DNA from: Eledone cirrhosa
Taxonomy: Eukaryota
Length of the DNA stretch: 64,000 nucleotides
Direction: 5' to 3'
Assembly: GCA_964016885.1 (NCBI GenBank)
Contig: OZ024744.1
Coordinates: 16,554,001 to 16,618,000 of the forward strand
Positions 1-12,800 of the stretch are shown here, piece after piece; position 1 is the stretch's first letter; each line of letters starts with the position of its first letter. The notes under the pieces were generated by a model. The model saw nothing but the letters and a program-made list of their open reading frames with translations, had not been told where the DNA came from and searched no databases. The position numbers and the translations under genes are program-made.

Positions 1-3000
1 TAGTACTGTGTAACGTGTACTGTTCACCTGAAGAATGTGTCCTGTGTTTACTGTAGTACTGTTTAAAGTGTACTGTTCAGCTGAAGAATGTGTCCTGTGT
101 TTACTGTAGTACTGTGTAACGTGTACTGTTCACCTGAAGAATGTGTCCTGTGTTTACTGTAGTAACCTGTAAAGTGTACTGTTCACCTGACGAATGTGTC
201 CTGTGTTTACTGTAGTAATGCGTAAAGTGTACTGTTCACCTGAACAATGTGTCCTGTGTTTACTGTAGTACTGTGTAAAGTGTACTGTTCACATGAAGAA
301 CGTGTCCTGCGTTTATTGTAGTACTGTGTAAAATGTAGTGTTCAGCTGAAGAATGTGTCCTGTGTTTAATGTAGGACTGTGTAAATTGTACTGTTCACCT
401 GAAAAATGTGTCCTGTGTTTACTGTAGTACTGTGTAAAGTGTACAGTTCACCTTAAGAAAGTGTCCCATGTTTACTGTTGTACTGTGTAAAGTGTACTGT
501 TCACCTGAAGAACGAGTCCTGTGTTTACTGTAGTACTGTGTAAAGTGTACTGTTCACCTGAAGAATGTGTCCTGTGTTTACTCTAGTACTGTGTAAAGTG
601 TACTGTTTACCTGAAGAATGTGTCCTGTGTTTACTCTAGTACTGTGTAAAGTGTACTGTTCAGCTGAAGAATGTGTCCTGTGTTTACTGTAGTACTGTGT
701 AAAGTGTACTGTTCACCTGAAGAATGTGTCCTGTGTTTACTGTAGTAATGTGTAAAGTGTGCTGTTCAGCTGAAGAATGTGTCCTGTGTTTACTGTAGTA
801 ATGTGTAAAGTGTACTGTTCACCTGAAGAATATGTCCCGTGTTTACTGTAGTACTGTGTAAAGTATAATGCACAGCTGAAGAAAGTGTCCTGTGTTTACT
901 GTAGGACTGTGTAAAGTGTACTGTTCACCTGAAGAATGTGTACTGTGTTTACTGTAGTACTGTGTAAAGTGTACTCTTCACCTGAAGAATGTGTCCTGTG
1001 GTTACTGTTTTACGCTGGTACTGTGTAAAGCGTACTGTTTACCTGACGAACGTGTCCTGTGTTTACTGTAGAACTGTGTAAAGTGTACTGTTCAGCTGAG
1101 GAATGTGTCCTGTGTTTACTGTAGTAGTGTGTAAAGTGTACTGTTCAGCTAACTAATGGTTCCTGTGTTTACTGTAGTACCGTGTAAAATGTACTCTTCA
1201 CCTGAAGAATGTGTCCTGTGTTTACTATCGTACTGTGTAAAGTGTACTCTTCATCTGAAGAATGTGTCCAGTGTTTTCTGCAGTACTGTGTAAAGTGTAC
1301 CGTTCAGCTGAAGAATGTGTCCTGTGTTTACTGTAGCACTGTGTAAAGTATACTGTTCACCTGAGGAATGTGTCCTGTGTTTACTGTAGTAATGTGTAAA
1401 GTGTACTGTTCACCTGACGAATGTGTCCTGTGTTTACTGTAGTAATGCGTAAAGTGTACTGTTCACCTGAAGAATGTGTCCTGTGTTTACTGTAGTACTG
1501 TGTAAAGTGTACTGTTCACATGAAGAATGTGTCCTGTGTTTATTGTAGTACTGTGTAAAATGTAGTGTTCAGCTGAAGAATGTGTCCTGTGTTTAATGTA
1601 GGACTGTGTAAATTGTATTGTTCACCTGAAAAATGTGTCCTGTGTTTACTGTAGTACTGTGTAAAGTGTACAGTTCACCTTAAGAAAGTGTCCCATGTTT
1701 ACTGTAGTACTGTGTAAAGTGTACTGTTCACCTGAAGAACGAGTCCTGTGTTTACTGTAGTACTGTGTAAAGTGTACTGTTCACCTGAAGAATGTGTCCT
1801 CTGTTTACTCTGGTACTGTGTAAAGTGTAATGTATACCTGAAGAATGTATCCTGTGTTTACTGTAGTACTGTGTAAAGTGTACTGTTCACCTGAAGAATA
1901 TGTCCCGTGTTTTCTGTAGTACTGTGTAAAGTGTACTGTTCACCTGAAGAAAGTGTCCTCTGTTTACTGTAGTACTGTGTAAAGTGTACTGTTCACCTGA
2001 AGAATGTGTCCTGTGTTTACTGTAGTACTGTGTAAAGTGTACTGTTCAGCTGAGGAATGTTTCCTGCGCTTACTTTAGTACAGTGTAAAGTGTACTGTTC
2101 ACGTGAAGAATGTGTTCTGTGTTGACTGTAGTACTGTGTAAAGTGTACTGTTCACCTGAAGAATGTGTCCTGTGTTTACTGTAGTACTGTGTAACGTGTA
2201 CTGTTCACCTGAAGAATGTGTCCTGTGTTTACTGTAGTACTGTGTAAAGTGTACTGTTCACCTGAAGAATGTGTCCTGTCTTTATTGTAGTACTGTGTAA
2301 AGTGTACTGTTCAGCTGAAGAATGTGTCCTCTGTTTACTGTAGTAACGTGTAAAGTGTACTGTTCACCTGATGAATGTGTCCTGTGTTTACTGTAGTACT
2401 GTGTAAAGTGTACTGTTCAGCTGACGAATGGTTCCTGTATTTTCTGTAGTAATGTGTAAAGTGTACTGTTCACCTGAAGTATGTGTCCTGTGTTTACTGT
2501 AGTACTGTGTAAAGTGTACTGTTCACCTGAAGAATGTGTCCTGTGTTTACTGTAGTACTGTGTAAAGTGTACTGTTCACCTGAAGCATGTGTCCTGTGTT
2601 TACTGTAGTACTGTGTAAAGTGTACTGTTCGCCTGAAGAATGTGTCCTGTGTTTAATGTGGTACTGTGTAAAGTGTACTGTTCAGCTGAAGAATGTGTCC
2701 TGTGTTTAATGTGGTACTGTGTAAAGTGTACTGTTCAGCTGAGGAATGTTTCCTGCGTTTACTTTAGTACAGTGTAAAGTGTACTGTTCACGTGAAGAAT
2801 GTGTTCTGTGTTGACTGTAGTACTGTGTAAAGTGTACTGTTCACCTGAAGAATGTGTCCTGTGTTTACTGTAGTACTGTGTAACGTGTACTGTTCACCTG
2901 AAGAATGTGTCCTGTGTTTACTGTAGTACTGTGTAAAGTGTACTGTTCACCTGAAGAATGTGTCCTGTCTTTATTGTAGTACTGTGTAAAGTGTACTGTT

Positions 3001-6000
3001 CAGCTGAAGAATGTGTCCTCTGTTTAGTGTAGTAACGTGTAAAGTGTACTGTTCACCTGATGAATGTGTCCTGTGTTTACTGTAGTACTGTGTAAAGTGT
3101 ACTGTTCACCTGAAGAATGTGTCCTGTGTTTACTGTAGTACTGTGTAAAGTGTACTGTTCACCTGAAGCATGTGTCCTGTGTTTACTGTAGTACTGTGTA
3201 AAGTGTACTGTTCACCTGAAGAATGTGTCCTGTGTTTACTGTAGTAATGTGTAAAGTGTGCTGTTCAGCTGAAGAATGTGTCCTGTGTTTACTGTAGTAA
3301 TGTGTAAAGTGTACTGTTCACCTGAAGAATATGTCCCGTGTTTACTGTAGTACTGTGTAAAGTGTACTCTTCACCTGAAGAATGTGTCCTGTGTTTACTG
3401 TAGTACTGTGTAAAGTATAATGCACAGCTGAAGAAAGTGTCCTGTGTTTACTGTAGGACTGTGTAAAGTGTACTGTTCACCTGAAGAATGTGTACTGTGT
3501 TTACTGTAGTACTGTGTAAAGTGTACTCTTCACCTGAAGAATGTGTCCTGTGTTTACTGTTTTACGCTGGTACTGTGTAAAGCGTACTGTTTACCTGACG
3601 AACGTGTCCTGTGTTTACTGTAGAACTGTGTAAAGTGTACTGTTCAGCTGAGGAATGTGTCCTGTGTTTACTGTAGTAGTGTGTAAAGTGTACTGTTCAG
3701 CTAACTAATGGTTCCTGTGTTTACTGTAGTACCGTGTAAAATGCACTCTTCACCTGAAGAATGTGTCCTGTGTTTACTATCGTACTGTGTAAAGTGTACT
3801 CTTCACCTGAAGAATGTGTCCAGTGTTTTCTGCAGTACTGTGTAAAGTGTACCGTTCAGCTGAAGAATGTGTCCTGTGTTTACTGTAGCACTGTGTAAAG
3901 TATACTGTTCACCTGAGGAATGTGTCCTGTGTTTACTGTAGTAATGTGTAAAGTGTACTGTTCACCTGACGAATGTGTCCTGTGTTTACTGTAGTAATGC
4001 GTAAAGTGTACTGTTCACCTGAAGAATGTGTCATGTGTTTACTGTAGTACTGTGTAAAGTGTACTGTTCTCATGAAGAATGTGTCCTGTGTTTATTGTAG
4101 TACTGTGTAAAATGTAGTGTTCAGCTGAAGAATGTGTCCTGTGTTTAATGTAGGACTGTGTAAATTGTATTGTTCACCTGAAAAATGTGTCCTGTGTTTA
4201 CTGTAGTACTGTGTAAAGTGTACAGTTCACCTTAAGAAAGTGTCCCATGTTTACTGTAGTACTGTGTAAAGTGTACTGTTCACCTGAAGAACGAGTCCTG
4301 TGTTTACTGTAGTACTGTGTAAAGTGTACTGTTCACCTGAAGAATGTGTCCTCTGTTTACTCTAGTACTGTGTAAAGTGTAATGTTTACCTGAAGAATGT
4401 ATCCTGTGTTTACTGTAGTACTGTGTAAAGTGTACTGTTCACCTGAATAATATGTCCCGTGTTTTCTGTAGTACTGTGTAAAGTGTACTGTTCACCTGAA
4501 GAAAGTGTCCTGTGTTTACTGTAGTACTGTGTAAAGTGTACTGTTCACCTGAAGAATGTGTCCTGTGTTTACTGTAGTACTGTGTAAAGTGTACTGTTCA
4601 GCTGAGGAATGTTTCCTGCGTTTACTTTAGTACAGTGTAAAGTGTACTGTTCACGTGAAGAATGTGTTCTGTGTTGACTGTTGTACTGTGTAAAGTGTAC
4701 TGTTCACCTGAAGAATGTGTCCTGTGTTTACTGTAGTACTGTGTAACGTGTACTGTTCACCTGAAGAATGTGTCCTGTGTTTACTGTAGTACTGTGTAAA
4801 GTGTACTGTTCACCTGAAGAATGTGTCCTGTCTTTATTGTAGTACTGTGTAAAGTGTACTGTTCAACTGAAGAATGTGTCCTCTATTTAGTGTAGTAACG
4901 TGTAAAGTGTACTGTTCACCTGATGAATGTGTCCTGTGTTTACTGTAGTACTGTGTAAAGTGTACTGTTCACCTGAAGAATGTGTCCTGCGTTTACTGTA
5001 GTAATGTGTAAAGTGTACTGTTCAGCTGACGAATGGTTCCTGTATTTTCTGTAGTAATGTGTAAAGTGTACTGTTCACCTGAAGAATGTGTCCTGTGTTT
5101 ACTGTAGTACTGTGTAAAGTGTACTGTTCACCTGAAGAATGTGTCCTGTGTTTACTGTAGTACTGTGTAAAGTGTACTGTTCACCTGAAGCATGTGTCCT
5201 GTGTTTACTGTAGTACTGTGTAAAGTGTACTGTTCGCCTGAAGAATGTGTCCTGTGTTTAATGTGGTACTGTGTAAAGTGTACTGTTCAGCTGAAGAATG
5301 TGTCCTGTGTTTACTCTAGTACTGTGTAAAGTGTACTGTTCACCTGAAGAATATGTCCTCTGTTTAACTTAGTAATGTGTAAAGTGTACTCTTCACCTGA
5401 AGAATGTGTCCTGTGTTTACTGTGGTACTGTGTAAAGTGTACTGTTCAGCTGAAGAATGTATCCTGTGTTTACTGTAGTACAGTGTACAGTGTACTGTTC
5501 AGTTGAAGAATGTGTCCCGTGTTTACTGTAGTACTGTGTAACGTGTACTGTTCACCTGAAGAATGTGTCCTGTGTTTACTGTAGTACTGTTTAAAGTGTA
5601 CTGTTCAGCTGAAGAATGTGTCCTGTGTTTACTGTAGTACTGTGTAACGTGTACTGTTCACCTGAAGAATGTGTCCTGTGTTTACTGTAGTAACCTGTAA
5701 AGTGTACTGTTCACCTGACGAATGTATCCTGTGTTTACTGTAGTAATGCGTAAAGTGTACTGTTCACCTGAACAATGTGTCCTGTGTTTACTGTAGTACT
5801 GTGTAAAGTGTACTGTTCACATGAAGAACGTGTCCTGCGTTTATTGTAGTACTGTGTAAAATGTAGTGTTCAGCTGAAGAATGTGTCCTGTGTTTAATGT
5901 AGGACTGTGTAAATTGTACTGTTCACCTGAAGAATGTGTCCTGTGTTTACTGTAGTACTGTGTAACGTGTACTGTTCACCTGAAGAATGTGTCCCATGTT

Positions 6001-8235
6001 TACTGTAGTACTGTGTAAAGTGTACTGTTCACCCGAAGAACGAGTCCTGTGTTTACTGTAGTACTGTGTAAAGTGTACTGTTCACCTGAAGAATGTGTCC
6101 TGTGTTTACTCTAGTACTGTGTAAAGTGTACTGTTTACCTGAAGAATGTGTCCTGTGTTTACTCTAGTACTGTGTAAAGTGTACTGTTCAGCTGAAGAAT
6201 GTGTCCTGTGTTTATTGTAGTACTGTGTAAAGTGTACTGTTCACCTGAAGAATGTGTCCTGTGTTTACTGTAGTAATGTGTAAAGTGTGCTGTTCAGCTG
6301 AAGAATGTGTCCTGTGTTTACTGTAGTAATGTGTAAAGTGTACTGTTCACCTGAAGAATATGTCCCGTGTTTACTGTAGTACTGTGTAAAGTATAATGCA
6401 CAGCTGAAGAAAGTGTCCTGTGTTTACTGTAGGACTGTGTAAAGTGTACTGTTCACCTGAAGAATGTGTACTGTGTTTACTGTAGTACTGTGTAAAGTGT
6501 ACTCTTCACCTGAAGAATGTGTCCTGTGGTTACTGTTTTACGCTGGTACTGTGTAAAGCGTACTGTTTACCTGACGAACGTGTCCTGTGTTTACTGTAGA
6601 ACTGTGTAAAGTGTACTGTTCAGCTGAGGAATGTGTCCTGTGTTTACTGTAGTAGTGTGTAAAGTGTACTGTTCAGCTAACTAATGGTTCCTGTGTTTAC
6701 TGTAGTACCGTGTAAAATGTACTCTTCACCTGAAGAATGTGTCCTGTGTTTACTATCGTACTGTGTAAAGTGTACTCTTCATCTGAAGAATGTGTCCAGT
6801 GTTTTCTGCAGTACTGTGTAAAGTGTACCGTTCAGCTGAAGAATGTGTCCTGTGTTTACTGTAGCACTGTGTAAAGTATACTGTTCACCTGAGGAATGTG
6901 TCCTGTGTTTACTGTAGTAATGTGTAAAGTGTACTGTTCACCTGACGAATGTGTCCTGTGTTTACTGTAGTAATGCGTAAAGTGTACTGTTCACCTGAAG
7001 AATGTGTCCTGTGTTTACTGTAGTACTGTGTAAAGTGTACTGTTCACATGAAGAATGTGTCCTGTGTTTATTGTAGTACTGTGTAAAATGTAGTGTTCAG
7101 CTGAAGAATGCGTCCTGTGTTTAATGTAGGACTGTGTAAATTGTATTGTTCACCTGAAAAATGTGTCCTGTGTTTACTGTAGTACTGTGTAAAGTGTACA
7201 GTTCACCTTAAGAAAGTGTCCCATGTTTACTGTAGTACTGTGTAAAGTGTACTGTTCACCTGAAGAACGAGTCCTGTGTTTATTGTAGTACTGTGTAAAG
7301 TGTACTGTTCACCTGAAGAATGTGTCCTCTGTTTACTCTAGTACTGTGTAAAGTGTAATGTTTACCTGAAGAATGTATCCTGTGTTTACTGTAGTACTGT
7401 GTAAAGTGTACTGTTCACCTGAAGAATATGTCCCGTGTTTTCTGTAGTACTGTGTAAAGTGTACTGTTCACCTGAAGAAAGTGTCCTGTGTTTACTGTAG
7501 TACTGTGTAAAGTGTACTGTTCACCTGAAAATGTGTCCTGTGTTTACTGTAGTACTGTGTAAAGTGTACTGTTCAGCTGAGGAATGTTTCCTGCGTTTAA
7601 TTTAGTACAGTGTAAAGTGTACTGTTCACGTGAAGAATGTGTTCTGTGTTGACTGTAGTACTGTGTAAAGTGTACTGTTCACCTGAAGAATGTGTCCTGT
7701 GTTTACTGTAGTACTGTGTAACGTGTACTGTTCACCTGAAGAATGTGTCCTGTGTTTACTGTAGTACTGTGTAAAGTGTACTGTTCACCTGAAGAATGTG
7801 TCCTGTCTTTATTGTAGTACTGTGTAAAGTGTACTGTTCAGCTGAAGAATGTGTCCTCTGTTTACTGTAGTAACGTGTAAAGTGTACTGTTCACCTGATG
7901 AATGTGTCCTGTGTTTACTGTAGTACTGTGTAAAGTGTACTGTTCAGCTGACGAATGGTTCCTGTATTTTCTGTAGTAATGTGTAAAGTGTACTGTTCAC
8001 CTGAAGTATGTGTCCTGTGTTTACTGTAGTACTGTGTAAAGTGTACTGTTCACCTGAAGAATGTGTCCTGTGTTTACTGTAGTACTGTGTAAAGTGTACT
8101 GTTCACCTGAAGCATGTGTCCTGTGTTTACTGTAGTACTGTGTAAAGTGTACTGTTCGCCTGAAGAATGTGTCCTGTGTTTAATGTGGTACTGTGTAAAG
8201 TGTACTGTTCAGCTGAAGAATGTGTCCTGTGTTTA
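1..8235. repeat. Duplicated block: 1-~2708 is repeated at 5529-~8235 (offset 5,528 bp = 104 monomers + 16 bp)
   Basis: The private variant TGTGGTTACTGTTTTACGCT is at about 997 and 6525. The same ordered variants (GTAACCTG, GAACAATG, CATGAAGAACG, CATCTG) recur at offset 5,528. The left copy may extend beyond the window. Confidence 0.88.
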
Positions 8236-9829
8236 CTCTAGTACTGTGTAAAGTGTACTGTTCACATGAAGAATATGTCCTCTGTTTAACTTAGTAATGT
8301 GTAAAGTGTACTCTTCACCTGAAGAATGTGTCCTGTGTTTACTGTGGTACTGTGTAAAGTGTACTGTTCAGCTGAAGAATGTATCCTGTGTTTACTGTAG
8401 TACAGTGTACAGTGTACTGTTCAGTTGAAGAATGTGTCCCGTGTTTACTGTAGTACTGTGTAACGTGTACTGTTCACCTGAAGAATGTGTCCTGTGTTTA
8501 CTGTAGTACTGTTTAAAGTGTACTGTTCACCTGAGGAATGTGTCCTGTGTTTACTGTAGTAATGTGTAAAGTGTACTGTTCACCTGACGAATGTGTCCTG
8601 TGTTTACTGTAGTAATGCGTAAAGTGTACTGTTCACCTGAAGAATGTGTCATGTGTTTACTGTAGTACTGTGTAAAGTGTACTGTTCACATGAAGAATGT
8701 GTCCTGTGTTTATTGTAGTACTGTGTAAAATGTAGTGTTCAGCTGAAGAATGTGTCCTGTGTTTAATGTAGGACTGTGTAAATTGTATTGTTCACCTGAA
8801 AAATGTGTCCTGTGTTTACTGTAGTACTGTGTAAAGTGTACAGTTCACCTTAAGAAAGTGTCCCATGTTTACTGTAGTACTGTGTAAAGTGTACTGTTCA
8901 CCTGAAGAACGAGTCCTGTGTTTACTGTAGTACTGTGTAAAGTGTACTGTTCACCTGAAGAATGTGTCCTCTGTTTACTCTAGTACTGTGTAAAGTGTAA
9001 TGTTTACCTGAAGAATGTATCCTGTGTTTACTGTAGTACTGTGTAAAGTGTACTGTTCACCTGACGAAAATGTCCTGTGTTTACTGTAGTACTGTGTCAA
9101 GTGTACTGTTCAGCTGATGAATGTGTCCTGTGTTTACTCTAGTACTGTGTAAAGTGTACTCTTCACCTGAAGAATATGTCCTCTGTTTAACTTAGTAATG
9201 TGTAAAGTGTACTCTTCACCTGAAGAATGTGTCCTGTGTTTATTGTAGTACTGTGTAAAGTGTACTGTTCAGCTGAAGAACGTGTCCTCTGTCTACTTTA
9301 GTACTGTGTAAAGTGTACTGTTCACCTGAAGAATGTGTCCTGTGTTTACTCTAGTTCTGTGTAAAGGGTAATGTTTACCTGAAGAATGTGTCCTGTGTTT
9401 ACTGTAGTACTGTGTAAAGTGTACTGTTCACCTGAAGAATATGTCCCGTGTTTTCTGTAGTACTGTGTAAAGTGTACTGTTCACCTGAAGAATGTGTCCT
9501 GTGTTTACTGTAGTACTGTGTAAAGTGTACTGTTTAGCTGAAGAATGTGTCCAGTGTTTACTGTAGTACTGTGTAAAGTGTACTGTTCACCTGACGAAAA
9601 TGTCCTGTGTTTACTGTAGTACTGTGTAAAGTGTACTGTTCAGCTGATGAATGTGTCCTGTGTTTACTCTAGTACTGTGTAAAGTGTACTGTTCACCTGA
9701 AGAATATGTCCTCTGTTTAACTTAGTAATGTGTAAAGTGTACTCTTCACCTGAAGAATGTGTCCTGTGTTTATTGTAGTACTGTGTAAAGTGTACTGTTC
9801 AGCTGAAGAATGTGTCCTCTGTTTACTTT

Positions 9830-12800
9830 AGTACTGTGTAAAGTGTACTGTTCACCTGAAGAATGTGTCCTGTGTTTACTGTAGTACTGTGTAAAGTGTA
9901 CTGTTCACCTGGGGTATGTGTCCTGTGTTTACTGTAGTACTGTGTACAGTGTACTGTTCAGCTGAAGAATGTGTCCTGTGTTTACTGTAGTACTGTCTAA
10001 AGTGTACTGTTCACCTGACGAATGTGTCCTGTGTTTACTGTAGTACTATGTAAAGTGTACTGTTCACCTGAAGAATGTGTCCTGTGTTTACTGTAGTACT
10101 GTGTAACGTGTACTGTTCACCTGAAGAATGTGTCCTGTGCTTACTCTAGTACTGTGTAAAGTGTACTGTTCACCTGAAGAATATGTCCTCTGTTTAACAT
10201 AGTAATGTGTAAAGTGTACTGTTCACCTACAGAATGTGTCCTGTGTTTACTGTAGTAATATGTAAAGTGTACTGTTCACCTGAAGAATATGTCCCGTGTT
10301 TACTGTAGTACTGTGTAAAGTGTACTCTTCACCTGAAGAATGTGTCCTGTGTTTACTGTAGTACTGTGTAAAGTATAATGCACAGCTGAAGAAAGTGTCC
10401 TGTGTTTACTGTAGGACTGTGTAAAGTGTACTGTTCACCTGAAGAATGTGTACCGTGTTTACTGTAGTACTGTGTAAAGTGTACTCTTCACCTGTAGAAT
10501 GTGTCCTGTGTTTACTGTTTTACGCTGGTACTGTGTAAAGCGTACTGTTCACCTGACGAACGTGTCCTGTGTTTACTGTAGAACTGTGTAAAGTGTACTG
10601 CTCAGCTGAGGAATGTGTCCTGTGTTTACTGTAATAGTGTGTAAAGTGTACAGTTCACCTTAAGAAAGTGTCCCATGTTTACTGTAGTACTGTGTAAAGT
10701 GTACTGTTCACCTGAAGAACGAGTCCTGTGTTTACTGTAGTACTGTGTAAATTGTACTGTTCACCTGAAGAATGTGTCCTCTGTTTACTCTAGTACTGTG
10801 TAAAGTGTAATGTTTACCTGAAGAATGTATCCTGTGTTTACTGTAGTACCGTGTAAAGTGTACTGTTCACCTGAAGAATATGTCCCGTGTTTTCTGTAGT
10901 ACTGTGTAAAGTCTACTGTTCACCTGAAGAAAGTGTCCTGTGTTTACTGTAGTACTGTGTAAAGTGTACTGTTCACCTGAAGAATGTGTCCTGTGTTTAC
11001 TGTAGTACTGTGTAAAGTGTACTGTTCAGCTGAGGAATGTTTCCTGCGTTTACTTTAGTACAGTGTAAAGTGTACTGTTCACGTGAATAATGTTTTCTGT
11101 GTTGACTGTAGTACTGTGTAAAGTGTACTGTTCACCTGAAGAATGTGTCCTGTGTTTACTGTAGCACTGTGTAAAGTATACTGTTCACCTGAGGAATGTG
11201 TCCTGTGTTTACTGTAGTAATGTGTAAAGTGTACTGTTCACCTGACGAATGTGTCCTGTGTTTACTGTAGTAATGCGTAAAGTGTACTGTTCACCTGAAG
11301 AATGTGTCCTGTGTTTACTGTAGTACTGTGTAAAGTGTACTGTTCACATGAAGAATGTGTCCTGTGTTTATTGTAGTACTGTGTAAAATGTAGTGTTCAG
11401 CTGAAGAATGTGTCCTGTGTTTAATGTAGGACTGTGTAAATTGTATTGTTCACCTGAAAAATGTGTCCTGTGTTTACTGTAGTACTGTGTAAAGTGTACA
11501 GTTCACCTTAAGAAAGTGTCCCATGTTTACTGTAGTACTGTGTAAAGTGTACTGTTCACCTGAAGAACGAGTCCTGTGTTTACTGTAGTACTGTGTAAAG
11601 TGTACTGTTCACCTGAAGAATGTGTCCTCTGTTTACTCTAGTACTGTGTAAAGTGTAATGTTTACCTGAAGAATGTATCCTGTGTTTACTGTAGTACTGT
11701 GTAAAGTGTACTGTTCATCTGAAGAATATGTCCCGTGTTTTCTGTAGTACTGTGTAAAGTGTACTGTTCACCTGAAGAAAGTGTCCTGTGTTTACTGTAG
11801 TACTGTGTAAAGTGTACTGTTCACCTGAAGAATGTGTCCTGTGTTTACTGCAGTACTGTGTAAAGTGTACTGTTCAGCTGAGGAATGTTTCCTGCGTTTA
11901 CTTTAGTACAGTGTAAAGTGTACTGTTCACGTGAAGAATGTGTTCTGTGTTGACTGTAGTACTGTGTAAAGTGTACTGTTCACCTGAAGAATGTGTCCTG
12001 TGTTTACTGTAGTACTGTGTAACGTGTACTGTTCACCTGAAGAATGTGTCCTGTGTTTACTGTAGTACTGTGTAAAGTGTACTGTTCACCTGAAGAATGT
12101 GTCCTGTCTTTATTGTAGTACTGTGTAAAGTGTACTGTTCAGCTGAAGAATGTGTCCTCTGTTTACTGTAGTAACGTGTAAAGTGTACTGTTCACCTGAT
12201 GAATGTGTCCTGTGTTTACTGTAGTACTGTGTAAAGTGTACTGTTCAGCTGACGAATGGTTCCTGTATTTTCTGTTGTAATGTGTAAAGTGTACTGTTCA
12301 CCTGAAGTATGTGTCCTGTGTTTATTGTAGTACTGTGTAAAGTGTACTGTTCACCTGAAGAATGTGTCCTGTGTTTACTGTAGTACTGTGTAAAGTGTAC
12401 TGTTCACCTGAAGCATGTGTCCTGTGTTTACTGTAGTACTGTGTAAAGTGTACTGTTCGCCTGAATAATGTGTCCTGTGTTTAATGTGGTACTGTGTAAA
12501 GTGTACTGTTCACATGAAGAATGTGTCCTGTGTTTACTGTGGTACTGTGTAAAGTGTACTGTTCAGCTGAAGAATGTATCCTGTGTTTACTGTAGTACAG
12601 TGTACAGTGTACTGTTCAGTTGAAGAATGTGTCCCGTGTTTACTGTAGTACTGTGTAACGTGTACTGTTCACCTGAAGAATGTGTCCTGTGTTTACTGTA
12701 GTACTGTTTAAAGTGTACTGTTCAGCTGAAGAATGTGTCCTGTGTTTACTGTAGTACTGTGTAACGTGTACTGTTCACCTGAAGAATGTGTCCTGTGTTT

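Noticed and set aside
1148-1158. CTAAC branch-point-like motif in the GCTAACTAA variant
   Set aside because: There is no polypyrimidine tract, acceptor or exon context. The motif is explained by two substitutions from CTGACGAA.
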